IMG/VR virus record: IMGVR_UViG_3300035698_017726
Location: 1 to 64,000 of that record
Length of the DNA: 64,000 bases
Reading direction: 5' to 3' (one strand)
Source of the DNA: a virus
The notes below the pieces were generated by a model. It was not told the DNA's origin and did no database searches. It worked only from the letters and a program-made list of their open reading frames with translations. Below, piece by piece: positions 39,168 through 48,867 of this stretch. The translations under genes and the position numbers were made by a program. Numbering within the stretch: position 1 is the first letter of the stretch; every line of letters starts with the position of its first letter.

Positions 39168-39824
39168 TCACCAGCCGCTGGGCTTTCTGACCCCGCCTCT
39201 CTTCTTGAGTGCGGTCTTACATGGCAGGGATCTATGGGCCTCGGTGAGGCCCAGTCTTTCCAGTGCCTCCATGTGTTCTCTGGTTCCGTACCCAGAGTTC
39301 CTCTCCCAGCCGTAACCTGGGTACTCCAGCGCCAATTTATTCATGATGTCATCACGAATCTGCTTGGCAACTATGGACGCAGCGGCGACGACGAAGTAAT
39401 CGTTGTCCGCCTTTGGCACAATCTTCTGCGGGTATGCGTACCCGGAGATGCCTTTGTTGCCGTCGACGATGGTGAGGTTGGGCACTAAGCCTGCATCTCT
39501 CGTTGCGTCCCTAGCCGCTCTCCGCATCGCCAGACTGAGAGCCTCGGAATACCCTTGCTCATCGATGTCGCCAACGGACACAAGTCCGACGCCGATTGCG
39601 CCCGTCGCCTGCGCGAGCTCTACGATCTGTTCTTCGAGGGCTCGGCGGGAGTTCCTAGTCATCTTCTTGGAGTCCTTGACCCCAGTGATGGGCCACCATC
39701 TCCGAAGAGCTGTAGTAAGCGATCTACTAGGTGGGACGTTTGCCTCGAGAGTAATAGCCACGGCCACCAGGGGTCCTGCTAGGGCCCCCAAGCCTACCTC
39801 GTCTACGCCTGTAATCAGCAACAT
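39168..39824 (-). CDS. rnhB: Ribonuclease HII
   Basis: GVDEVGLGALAGP, DSKK, VDG, KAD, AAASIVAK, GYGT, HR. Start at MLLITG with a GAGGA SD. Confidence 0.92.
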   Translation of the reverse strand: MLLITGVDEVGLGALAGPLVAVAITLEANVPPSRSLTTALRRWWPITGVKDSKKMTRNSRRALEEQIVELAQATGAIGVGLVSVGDIDEQGYSEALSLAMRRAARDATRDAGLVPNLTIVDGNKGISGYAYPQKIVPKADNDYFVVAAASIVAKQIRDDIMNKLALEYPGYGWERNSGYGTREHMEALERLGLTEAHRSLPCKTALKKRGGVRKPSGW

Positions 39825-40131
39825 GATCCTCGTTATAGGGATTGAAGTCCATCTCTGGACCGAGTCCTCTAAGGTAAATAGTTGCCCAGAAATCGATGCC
39901 TTTCCATTCTGATTTCTTGTAGGCACTATCGTTTATGTCGGCCCACTGGATAAGAAGAGCTCGCACGAATGGCAGCTCTTTCCCCATGAAGGGACGGTGT
40001 AGTTGAAGGTGGAGGACCCGCTTCAGCGGGTCCCCCGTCTCCAGCAACTCCCAGCCGTAGACGTCACCATCGAGAGCCCGATTTACGGACTCCGCGAAGG
40101 ATTTCGCCCACTTTAAGGCTGGTGTTTCCAT
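39727..40131 (-). CDS. Hypothetical protein
   Basis: Within the minus-strand unit; 3' end overlaps rnhB. Confidence 0.55.
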   Translation of the reverse strand: METPALKWAKSFAESVNRALDGDVYGWELLETGDPLKRVLHLQLHRPFMGKELPFVRALLIQWADINDSAYKKSEWKGIDFWATIYLRGLGPEMDFNPYNEDHVADYRRRRGRLGGPSRTPGGRGYYSRGKRPT

Positions 40132-40142
40132 GTACTCACACT

Positions 40143-40973
40143 CTAGCGGGCAGCGAACTTTTGTGCCAGATCTTCGAGAGAATCCGGCGAGGCAGCTACC
40201 ACGGGGCGATTCTTGGGTACCTCTACCTTGTAGAATCCCATGCGTGGCTGCAAAAGTACGTTATCTCCTAGAGAGAACAGGTGAGTCATATCTGCTACTT
40301 CGCTGAAGATGGCCTCATGAACGTTGGCCTCTTTCGGAAGGAGCTTTTCCCCTGGTGGTCGAATTCTGGCGTGGACTACTCTAGGCCCCTTGACCCCTTG
40401 AATCCTCACCCCGATGAGTGGCACTATCTGGGGCCCGAATACGGCTACTGGATTCCTGTAGTTTCCTACTGTCTCCCTAGGAATATACAGGGCACAGAAT
40501 CCGCACACGAACCCAGGTTTGTCCTTTTCGTGCCGTCCTGGGGTCCAAATACGGTCCTTCCGCAGCTTGAGTGGATCATTTCTGTGCTCCATTGGCTCCC
40601 CGCAGCAGGGAACCCCCTTCCGGGATCTTCTGCCGTCCTCGAAGTCGATCTTGGTCGGCCTCGGTGCTACCAGTTTCTCCAAGGTCTTGTCGCAGTCGCG
40701 ACAGTGGAGGAGCGGTATCTCCACGCGTGCCGTTGCCCCCGGCGGGCTCTGGTCTAACGAGTCCTCCAGTGCGTCGAAGGCGGCTTCTCCCGGATCCAAG
40801 AGATGCCCCAGGACAGATCCGGTGATCAGTCCCCAAGTTCCCTCCACGAATCCCTGAAAGTGAGCCTCCAGCAGCTCCTTTTCGGGATAACTAACCACTT
40901 CTCCACTGCTCGTTCTGTCTGTCTTCTCCGGAATGTGCTTGAGCACAAAGCCGGTAATCGTCAGTTCCAGCAT
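40143..40973 (-). CDS. Hypothetical protein with Zn-ribbon insert
   Basis: GGAGG SD; CRDC...CCG.PM. Confidence 0.65.
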   Translation of the reverse strand: MLELTITGFVLKHIPEKTDRTSSGEVVSYPEKELLEAHFQGFVEGTWGLITGSVLGHLLDPGEAAFDALEDSLDQSPPGATARVEIPLLHCRDCDKTLEKLVAPRPTKIDFEDGRRSRKGVPCCGEPMEHRNDPLKLRKDRIWTPGRHEKDKPGFVCGFCALYIPRETVGNYRNPVAVFGPQIVPLIGVRIQGVKGPRVVHARIRPPGEKLLPKEANVHEAIFSEVADMTHLFSLGDNVLLQPRMGFYKVEVPKNRPVVAASPDSLEDLAQKFAAR

Positions 40974-41042
40974 GACACCTCCCTATTTTAGCGTAAAATT
41001 GAGGTTCAGTCTTTCGACCATCCTTCTTATGTCGGAGAAATC

Positions 41043-42839
41043 ATGTCTGTTGTTTCGAAAGAGTGGCACGGAGAGACCATCAGTAGATGGGTCACTCCTG
41101 GCTACGTATACGAAGATTACGACGAACAATGGGACTATGAGGACCCCGCACCAGAGATTGAGGACTGGGAAAGAGAGGCCGCATTAGAAGAAGTAGCGGA
41201 CAAAATCAACATGACGTGTTCTCAGTTCGTAGAGAACACCATCAAGGTGCCCAACGCAGACACGCGCACCATGGAGTACTTCTCCTACGCAGAGCGCGGC
41301 TATTTGAGGCGGGTCTACGACACCTCGTCGCGAAGAACTCTGCTCATGTGTGGCCGTCAGGTCGAGAAGAGTACGTCCCTAGGGAACAGAGCTCTAGCCG
41401 TCTCGTGCCTGATCCCTCACTTCAAGGTGCTGTATGTCTCTCCCTCCAGTACGCAGACCAAGGAGTTCTCGAAGACACGGCTAAAGGAGGTCTCTGAGAC
41501 GTCCCCGGACATCAAGGTGTGGTTCCCTTCCCACCTCACGGACAACGTCTTCGAAAAGAAGGCAATCAACAGAAGCCAGATTACTCTGCGCTACGCATTC
41601 CTCAATGCTGACCGTTGTCGAGGCCTGAGCTCCGACCTGATCTGTCTAGACGAGTTCCAGGACATCCTCCTGGACAACATTCCCGTTATCGAAGAGTCCG
41701 CCTCTCACTCTCCCTTCAAATGGTTTACCTATTCCGGTACTCCAAAGTCGCTGGACAACCCCATTGAGGTGTTCTGGCAGACTCGGTCCACGCAGAATGA
41801 GTGGGCAGTTCCTTGTGAGCGTCACGGCCACCCCAAGCAGCCCGGTACGTGGCACTGGAACATCCTCAGTGAGAAAAACATCGGTATTCAGGGCCTCATC
41901 TGCGATAAGTGCGGAAAGAGGATTTACCCCGACCACCCGATGTCTCAGTGGGTGCGTACAGCTACTCCTGACCCCAAGTTCGAAACCTTCGAAGGGTTCA
42001 GAATTCCTCAGCTTATGGTCCCCTGGATTGAGTGGACCAACATCCTCACGAAGTACAACGACTACTCCAGAGCTCGGTTCTTCAACGAGGTTCTGGGCCA
42101 GTCATTCGATTCCGGCCAGAGACCACTGACTCAGAAGGACGTCCAGGACAACTGCGACGTGAACTTCAAGATTTCGCCTGAATTCATCAAGGAGCTACAG
42201 GCGACCAGAATGTCCGGCAACAAGATCTATGCTGGCATCGACTGGGGACAGGACTCCAGCAATTCCTATACGGTCCTTTCTCTCGGCACCTACATTGAGG
42301 GACGGTTCACGATCTTCTTCATCCATAAGTTCATTGGCGCTGAGTCCGGGGCCAAAGAGCAGATGATCAAAATTAAGAAGATCATCAATGGCTTCGGAGT
42401 AGATAGAATCGGCGTTGACTACGGTGGAGGCTTCTGGCCAAACGATGAGCTCCTGCGCGCCTACGGCTCTAGTCGTGTCTTTAGGTACCAGTATTCGTCT
42501 CCGAAGCACCACCTGCAATGGGACACCAAGCTAGGCAGATACCTCGTCCATCGCTCAGAAGTAATGAGTGCGGTCTTCAACTCGATTAAGCGTCGTACCG
42601 TATTCAGGTTCCCCATGTGGACCGACTTCCAGCCCTTCGCCAAGGATATGTTGGCTATCTTCTCTGAGTACAATGAGCGCACCAGAATGACTGAGTATAA
42701 GAAGTCGCCGAACACCACGGATGACTCCTTCCACTCCATCCTGTTCTGCTTCCTTGCCTCGATGATTGACTATCCCCGTCCAGAGATCCTGGTCCCCAGT
42801 GTCCAGACAGACATGGAGATAAATAGACGACACAGCTAA
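41043..42839 (+). CDS. terL: Terminase large subunit (GpA-like)
   Basis: GRQVEKST, DEFQD, SGTP, FFNEVLG, GIDWG, DDSFHS. Confidence 0.92.
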   Translation: MSVVSKEWHGETISRWVTPGYVYEDYDEQWDYEDPAPEIEDWEREAALEEVADKINMTCSQFVENTIKVPNADTRTMEYFSYAERGYLRRVYDTSSRRTLLMCGRQVEKSTSLGNRALAVSCLIPHFKVLYVSPSSTQTKEFSKTRLKEVSETSPDIKVWFPSHLTDNVFEKKAINRSQITLRYAFLNADRCRGLSSDLICLDEFQDILLDNIPVIEESASHSPFKWFTYSGTPKSLDNPIEVFWQTRSTQNEWAVPCERHGHPKQPGTWHWNILSEKNIGIQGLICDKCGKRIYPDHPMSQWVRTATPDPKFETFEGFRIPQLMVPWIEWTNILTKYNDYSRARFFNEVLGQSFDSGQRPLTQKDVQDNCDVNFKISPEFIKELQATRMSGNKIYAGIDWGQDSSNSYTVLSLGTYIEGRFTIFFIHKFIGAESGAKEQMIKIKKIINGFGVDRIGVDYGGGFWPNDELLRAYGSSRVFRYQYSSPKHHLQWDTKLGRYLVHRSEVMSAVFNSIKRRTVFRFPMWTDFQPFAKDMLAIFSEYNERTRMTEYKKSPNTTDDSFHSILFCFLASMIDYPRPEILVPSVQTDMEINRRHS

Positions 42840-42847
42840 AAGGGGAT

Positions 42848-42884
42848 TCTCCGAGGACCGCCCAATGGCGGCGGTCCTCGGAGA
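42848..42884. terminator. 14-bp stem terminator at the convergent junction
   Basis: TCTCCGAGGACCGC...GCGGTCCTCGGAGA; minus-strand tail CCCCTTTTAGC. Confidence 0.75.
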
Positions 42885-42899
42885 TGCTGTCTGGAAGTT

Positions 42900-43343
42900 C
42901 TAGGCCTCGGCAGCCACGACTTTCGGCTTGGCTGCCGAGGCCTTGGCGGCGGCGCTGTCCTTGGCGATGCCCTTGTTGATCGCTGCCTCGAGCACGGGCT
43001 CGAGCACGATTTCACGCTCGGCGGCGCTGTCCACGAACGCCTGCTGGGCAGCGGCGCCCTTGCTGGCCCAGCGCCGGTGGGCGCGGGCCTGCAGGTTCGT
43101 GCTGCGGACTGCATCCGCCTTCGGCGTCACCGCCAAGATGCGGAAGCCGATGCCGGTGATGGCGCCGATGGCGCCGCTGGTGATGACCGCCCAGAGGGGG
43201 ATCGTGCGCCCAGCGAGCCGGGCGATACCGAAGCTGGTGCCGATTGCGGCGCCGGCGCCAGTGGCGGGGGCGACGAGTTCAGCCGCCACGACTTGCATGG
43301 GTCGCAAGACCCAGAGAGCGAGGAGGGTACGGATGGTGAGCAT
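42900..43343 (-). CDS. Putative membrane protein (early-type, GC-rich)
   Basis: Hydrophobic Gly/Ala segments; GGGAG SD. Confidence 0.6.
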   Translation of the reverse strand: MLTIRTLLALWVLRPMQVVAAELVAPATGAGAAIGTSFGIARLAGRTIPLWAVITSGAIGAITGIGFRILAVTPKADAVRSTNLQARAHRRWASKGAAAQQAFVDSAAEREIVLEPVLEAAINKGIAKDSAAAKASAAKPKVVAAEA

Positions 43344-43493
43344 AGTAGACAGTCTCCCTAGGGGGTGAATGCATCTAGAGAAAGAGGTTCATCAACTCTG
43401 GATACATAGATCTTATGCAGGAAACTGCAGGTTTTTTATCCATTTATGGGGCTATTTGGACGCCCCTCAGAGAGGGGGTCCATGGCCAAAGGC

Positions 43494-44060
43494 CTAGTTG
43501 TGCATGGTCGGCCGAGGCGGCCGAAGTCTGCGACTCTTCGGCTTCGGCGCGGGCTCGTCGGCTTGTTCCACCTCGGCAGCGGCCGTCTCGATGGTAACCA
43601 CACGGCGGCTGATGCGCCCGATGGCCTCGCTGTTGCTCTCTGCGGCGTCCTCGATCCCTTGGACACGGACGGACAACTCCGAGATGGCTCCAATAGCGGT
43701 GGCTACGTCCGCCAACTCGCCGGTGAGGCGGGCCACATCCTTACCGAGAGCGGCGACCTTGGCCTTGGCCTTGGCCTTGTCCTTGCTCTGGACTTTGAGC
43801 TCCTCGGTCTGGCCGGTGAGCTGGTCCTTGAGTCCCTGGACCTGGACGGCGAGATCGGCACGGGCCTTCTCACTCGCAGCCAGCGCGGCGGTGGTGACGT
43901 TGGGCTTCGGCACGGGCTTGCGCGCGGGCTTGGCCTTCGGCTTCGTTGCCTCGACGGCAGCGTCAGAGGCTTGCTCGTGCAGCTCCTGCACGGCTGCCTC
44001 GTGGCCGTCTCCGATGGGCTCTGGCGTAGGGACGTCCTTCTTGCTTTCTGGGGTAGGCAC
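43494..44060 (-). CDS. Coiled-coil protein (early-type, GC-rich)
   Basis: Heptad region flanked by K/P-rich ends. Confidence 0.6.
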   Translation of the reverse strand: MPTPESKKDVPTPEPIGDGHEAAVQELHEQASDAAVEATKPKAKPARKPVPKPNVTTAALAASEKARADLAVQVQGLKDQLTGQTEELKVQSKDKAKAKAKVAALGKDVARLTGELADVATAIGAISELSVRVQGIEDAAESNSEAIGRISRRVVTIETAAAEVEQADEPAPKPKSRRLRPPRPTMHN

Positions 44061-44091
44061 AGATCACTCTCTCTGTTGGGGTTCACTATGC

Positions 44092-44799
44092 TTATGACCT
44101 CCTACGGAGAGCCTTTGTAACTGCGTCTTGGATAGAGCCAGGAACTTGGTCTATGGCTAGACGGGTTACTTCTGGGTCCAGAGAGGTGTAGCCCTCGGCG
44201 TAGATGACTGCGGAGACCCTGAGACGTCTACGCCCTTCGGCAAGTTGCTTATGTAGTGCTTGCAGTTCCAGAGACTGGGCGTACTCTTTCATGTCCACTA
44301 CGTGCAAGGTCATCTGCCTACATAGCAGCAGAAAAGGCTTCCATGGTTTCCTATCCTCAGTTGCCTTGGAGATTGTCCGGAAATCGTCTTCATCCATCCT
44401 GAAGAAGACCTCTACCCAAGGCTGAATCTCGTCTACGACCCAATCTCCTCTCCCTAGCTGCTGGATACATACTGTATGGAGCTGCTTGGCGTATTCTGGA
44501 GCCATACTCAAAGGATTGGACTTAGTGTCCAGTACCCGCAGAACAGTCTCCATTTGCGCCTCTAGCCGACGCATCCGCATCTTCATCTGGAGTACCTCTT
44601 TACGGGAGACTAGAGATTGCTTACCCAATTCCTCCTTCTCTCTCCGGAACTCTTCCAGTTCTGTGGCATCCAGCCACTTTCTGTTGTCGCCCTTACGTTT
44701 ACGGCCGTATAGGAGGCCCTGACTCAGGTAGCCACGGATAGTTCTGGTAGAAACCCCTAGTCTTTTGGCTGCATCTTCTATGGTAAGGTCGTTTTTCAA
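44092..44799 (-). CDS. MerR/HTH_17-type DNA-binding regulator
   Basis: LTIEDAAKRLGVSTRTIRGYLSQGLL followed by a coiled coil. Confidence 0.8.
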   Translation of the reverse strand: MKNDLTIEDAAKRLGVSTRTIRGYLSQGLLYGRKRKGDNRKWLDATELEEFRREKEELGKQSLVSRKEVLQMKMRMRRLEAQMETVLRVLDTKSNPLSMAPEYAKQLHTVCIQQLGRGDWVVDEIQPWVEVFFRMDEDDFRTISKATEDRKPWKPFLLLCRQMTLHVVDMKEYAQSLELQALHKQLAEGRRRLRVSAVIYAEGYTSLDPEVTRLAIDQVPGSIQDAVTKALRRRS

Positions 44800-44861
44800 G
44801 GTGATTCTCCTTTGATTCTAGTAAAAGCCTTGCTACCCTTCAGATAGGATAGAGGTAAGTA

Positions 44862-45740
44862 ATGAGCTGGAACAGGTCCATCACAGAGAGTGACCTCAGA
44901 AGCATGGCTTCCGAGGCTACCTCCCTACACCTAAACGATGGCATCCCACTCACTGATTCAGTGGTAAAGGTCGCCAGTGATAAGAACAATCTCACGTCTG
45001 AGCACCTGCGCAGAGTTTGTGAAATGACCTATCACGATACGTATGAGCGCATGTTCCGAGACGGAGAAGGCAGCGATAGATACGTGAGCTTCGACCCTCC
45101 TGATGCTGATGCGGTGATCCAGTCCGTAAATGGTGATGAAGCCAAAACAGCATCCGTTCCTTGGAGAGCTACCGGTATGACTCCTACTCCTTATGCAGAA
45201 AAGACCGCCTCAGTTGGTGTCCGCCGCTTTGTTCCAACTAACGCCTTCGACGCGTTGGTAAAGTCTGCTGAGGCTCCCGAGTCCAGCTGGGCTGACCCGA
45301 CTGGCGAATTACGTAGGCTTCGGAACCACATGAAGGAGGCCATGCTCGAGCTAGACTCGCGGGTAGGTAGAACTACCGCTGCGGTCAAGATTGCCGAGTA
45401 CGAGCTCTTCTCCCATGCGGACCAGGCCTGTAAGCAGGGCCATCCAGTGGACCGAGTTCTGTCTGTCTGCCTTGGTGGGCTAGAGAAGGAAGGTCACGCT
45501 ACCTCTCCCTCGGGCCAAGACGTACTTCACACTCTGGCAGAGAACCTACTCCAGAGCGGTTGGTCGCATGAAAAGACTGCTGCTGTTGAAGGAGAGGTGA
45601 ACACTTCTCACCCCATCGCGGTGACCAGTGTTAAACTGGCGGAGTTGAAGAGCCAGAGAGAGCACCTCGAGCTTTCTCTCGGTTTCATCCGTGAAGACTT
45701 CGACCGTGCCAACGAGGAACTCCTTGCCCTGCTCACATGA
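44862..45740 (+). CDS. K-x-A-rich head core protein
   Basis: VKVAS, AKTAS, EKTAS, VKSAE, VKIAE, EKTAA, VKLAE. Confidence 0.65.
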   Translation: MSWNRSITESDLRSMASEATSLHLNDGIPLTDSVVKVASDKNNLTSEHLRRVCEMTYHDTYERMFRDGEGSDRYVSFDPPDADAVIQSVNGDEAKTASVPWRATGMTPTPYAEKTASVGVRRFVPTNAFDALVKSAEAPESSWADPTGELRRLRNHMKEAMLELDSRVGRTTAAVKIAEYELFSHADQACKQGHPVDRVLSVCLGGLEKEGHATSPSGQDVLHTLAENLLQSGWSHEKTAAVEGEVNTSHPIAVTSVKLAELKSQREHLELSLGFIREDFDRANEELLALLT

Positions 45741-45756
45741 GACAGAACGTGAGAGA

Positions 45757-45954
45757 ATGGCCCGTCTCAGGAAGGTGGCCAACGTCGCTAAACTGACTGA
45801 TGCGGTCGCTGGCGCGGCTAAAACTGTCGGCGGCGCCGTAATGAAGAATCCCCTTACTACTGGCGTCGCCCTAGCATTAGGGCCTGCGTCCATAGCTTCC
45901 GGGATCGGGCAGACTCTAGGCACCGCCAAGAGAAACTACAACGCTCTCAGGTAA
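45757..45954 (+). CDS. Small Gly/Ala-rich putative cargo peptide
   Basis: MARLRKVA leader and a hydrophobic C-terminal half. Confidence 0.5.
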   Translation: MARLRKVANVAKLTDAVAGAAKTVGGAVMKNPLTTGVALALGPASIASGIGQTLGTAKRNYNALR

Positions 45955-45960
45955 TGAACT

Positions 45961-46986
45961 ATGATTTCTGCTGATGTATACCAGGACCAAGCGAAAGGGA
46001 TTCTGACCGAGGACGATGTTAGTGAGGTGGAGCAGTTCTCCGCCATGCTCAAGTCTGCGGGAGTTCCTCCTCCGATCCCCACTCCAATCGAGGCCGCTCC
46101 TCCGGCGGCCTTCCACGGAGGCGAGGCCCAGCAGCAGGGGAACAACGCGCAGACAGCCATGATGACCGGACTGCTGCAAGGAGTTGGAGCGGCTGGAGCT
46201 GGCCTCATCGGTCATGGCGCCACTAAGGGTATTCGCGCTGCTGGAGAGAAGCTGACCAGGGGCCGGGACCTGAAGAAGGCCCTCGACGTCTATCCGCACC
46301 TCAACGACCAGTACTCTCCTGAAGATGTGAAGCTAGTCTGGAACTCTCTACGACATCTGAATCCTTGGCTGACCAAGGACCCTCTGACTGCTGGGACTCT
46401 TCTAGGACAAACTCTTCGCAATAGAGACGTTCAGAACCCATCTGCTGCTCCTCGTATGGACCTAGGTATCGCTAAGGAACTTGTCCGTACCGAGCCCGCT
46501 AGGCAGGACCCAATGTCCCAGGCCGTGGTCGGCGGACTCCAGACCGGAGTCTCCGAAGGTGTACGTACTTACGGCAACCTCCAAGCAGGGAAGGCTCAGG
46601 CACAGCAGCGCGTTGAAGACCATTTCAACCGTCAAAGCATCTCGGATAGGGACCTTGACCTTAGAGGTCAGCAGCAGATGGAGATGGAGGGCTTCAAGGA
46701 TCGGCTCGGAGCTTACGGAGATAGAGCCACCCAGGGACAGAAAGACCAGATGGCTATGGAGGCGGAGAAGTCGCGCCTCAAGCGCCAAGGTGTTGAGACA
46801 GGGCTCGACGATCCTATGTCCAGAAGCGATACGGACTCCGTTCTTCTCCAAGCAGCTCTACGGGGGGATGCTCCTCTTGTTGAGCCTACTGCCAATGCTG
46901 GGGGAGAGGTTACTGGACAGCGTCGAGCCTGGCCGCCCCCTCCAAGAGTTCAAATGCCTCCTCCAGGAGGCAGAGGAACTTCGTAA
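45961..46986 (+). CDS. Putative internal virion protein with GxxxG helix
   Basis: FSAMLKSA leader; GLLQGVGAAGAGLIG. Confidence 0.6.
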   Translation: MISADVYQDQAKGILTEDDVSEVEQFSAMLKSAGVPPPIPTPIEAAPPAAFHGGEAQQQGNNAQTAMMTGLLQGVGAAGAGLIGHGATKGIRAAGEKLTRGRDLKKALDVYPHLNDQYSPEDVKLVWNSLRHLNPWLTKDPLTAGTLLGQTLRNRDVQNPSAAPRMDLGIAKELVRTEPARQDPMSQAVVGGLQTGVSEGVRTYGNLQAGKAQAQQRVEDHFNRQSISDRDLDLRGQQQMEMEGFKDRLGAYGDRATQGQKDQMAMEAEKSRLKRQGVETGLDDPMSRSDTDSVLLQAALRGDAPLVEPTANAGGEVTGQRRAWPPPPRVQMPPPGGRGTS

Positions 46987-48867
46987 ATGGAAAAGTACTT
47001 CACCTGTCCAGGCTCGGTAGCCGGTGGGTTTCCACTCATCCATAGGATTGAGCCGGGAACCCGCTACGGGATGGGTGAAACTAATGGCCTGTGCAAGACC
47101 GCTTCCGAAGAGCATCTCCCTGAGGTGATGGAGCTGGTCGAGTCCATCAAAGCCAAGCCCGATAGGCTGTACCTTCTCAACAGTGCCCTCGGTGCAGGTG
47201 AGAAGGTTGGCTTCAACCTCCGGGGTGACTGGTTCACAGAAGAGGGACTGACCCACGAGCCTGAGGGCTGGAAAGAAACCCCTGTTTGGGATATCGACGG
47301 CCGTAGACAGCTGGCCAACTCTGCCGAGAAAACAGCTAGTGGGGGGAAGTTGGCCTGGGGATATCCCACTTTCTACAACGCACATAAGTTCCGCCATCAT
47401 GTAAACAAAGACCCAGACAGAGCTTACGGTTTTGTCCTAGGTGCCTTCTGGGACCCCAGAATGCGTCGGGTTATCTTGGTGTCCGAGCTCATCAAGGGAA
47501 TGTGTGACCGTCTTGGCGCTAGCGATCTATACAGTCGCATCGCTGACGGTGAGTTCCCGGATACATCCATGGGGGCCAAGGTACCCTGTGACCGCTGTGC
47601 GATTTGTGGCCACACCGCTAAGACCCCAGCTCAATACTGTAAGCATGTAAAGAAGAACGCCGAGCATCCTTATGGAATGGGAAACCTTCTGGACGATGGC
47701 CGTCGGTGTGGCGTCTACAACGACCATCCTCGCTTCTTTGACGATTCTTACGTGTTTATTGGAGCTGAGCGCTCGGCCAAGAACATGACGAACCTTACGG
47801 ACAAGGTGAAGGGAGAGAAGCCTTACAGCCGCAAGGTCTACAAGTACACCTCCTCCAAGAGCAAGAAGGCATCGGCCGAAGAAGAGCACGGTCTTCCCGA
47901 GACCAAGAGGCCTGACCTCAACCTCGAGACGAAACTCAATGAGGTCATCAAACAGCTCCCAGTTACTTCCCCCAGAGAGCGGGCCATCCTCAACTACCTA
48001 GTTGAGATGCGCCTAGCAGACAATGCAGTGGCTAAGGGAGTGATGAGTCAGGGAGAACGCACTCTCATGGAGCTCATCAGTAGCCGTAGAATCGAGCGGG
48101 AGCATGGAGCACCCAAGCAGTCGATGGAGCATCTAGAGAAGATCCTAGATACCAAATTCAACGCTATCTACGGTGACCACCATAAGCGGGCCTCGGCTAA
48201 ATGGGCCGAAATGATGAAAGAGATCCCCGCTCCGGCTATTGGGGTGGCCACTGACATAGAGTCCCTGGGTAAGCAGCTTCCTTCTCTGACAGAGGAACAG
48301 CTGGATTACATGTCTCAGAACCCTATCGGAACGCTAAAGGCCGCCGCTGCACTGGGAGTAGTGCTGCGTCCGGAAGAGTTCCAGCACGTTGTACTGAAGC
48401 AAGCCAACGCCGAACTTCTCCAAGGAATGGAAGATAAGGGCGAGGTCTTTGCACCCGAACGACTGGATCCCGACAAGGATTCAAGTTTTGACTACCGCGA
48501 CGGCATCACCAAACAGATGGTATCTGGTATGCAGGAGATGCTCGAAGACGTCACAACCAACGGCCTTCCATTCCTCCTAGAGCGGTCATTTTCCCCGCAG
48601 GCTTGCCGAATCCGCATGGTGAAGACCATAGATGTGGATGAGAAGCCAAAGTGTGCGGAGGTCAGGACCCCAGCTCTAGATAAGGTCGCTCATCTTTACA
48701 ACGAATATCGTTGTGGGTTAGTCGCAAACAAGCCAGATTGGAGGGCAATAGATGCGCCCCATTCCGGCGGCGACCTACTATATGAGGAGAAGCTGGCTGT
48801 GGCTGCTCACGAGACTTCAGATCTTCTTCTTTGCCTTGCCTATTGGCCGGCCATGCGCGTAGGATAA
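46987..48867 (+). CDS. Prohead (capsid maturation) protease, assemblin-like, with Zn finger
   Basis: N.RGD.F, F.HH, SMG, CAICG..YC.H, N..P.FFD.S.V..GA; lies upstream of the scaffold and MCP genes. Confidence 0.75.
   Translation: MEKYFTCPGSVAGGFPLIHRIEPGTRYGMGETNGLCKTASEEHLPEVMELVESIKAKPDRLYLLNSALGAGEKVGFNLRGDWFTEEGLTHEPEGWKETPVWDIDGRRQLANSAEKTASGGKLAWGYPTFYNAHKFRHHVNKDPDRAYGFVLGAFWDPRMRRVILVSELIKGMCDRLGASDLYSRIADGEFPDTSMGAKVPCDRCAICGHTAKTPAQYCKHVKKNAEHPYGMGNLLDDGRRCGVYNDHPRFFDDSYVFIGAERSAKNMTNLTDKVKGEKPYSRKVYKYTSSKSKKASAEEEHGLPETKRPDLNLETKLNEVIKQLPVTSPRERAILNYLVEMRLADNAVAKGVMSQGERTLMELISSRRIEREHGAPKQSMEHLEKILDTKFNAIYGDHHKRASAKWAEMMKEIPAPAIGVATDIESLGKQLPSLTEEQLDYMSQNPIGTLKAAAALGVVLRPEEFQHVVLKQANAELLQGMEDKGEVFAPERLDPDKDSSFDYRDGITKQMVSGMQEMLEDVTTNGLPFLLERSFSPQACRIRMVKTIDVDEKPKCAEVRTPALDKVAHLYNEYRCGLVANKPDWRAIDAPHSGGDLLYEEKLAVAAHETSDLLLCLAYWPAMRVG
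48836..48865 (+). promoter_or_regulatory. Candidate sigma70 promoter
   Basis: TTGCCT-N18-TAGGAT ahead of the scaffold-like gene. Confidence 0.4.

Noticed and set aside
8871-42839. Inteins or introns in polymerase, RNAP, helicase or terminase
   Set aside because: No intein terminal signatures or homing endonuclease motifs were seen, and the reading frames are continuous.
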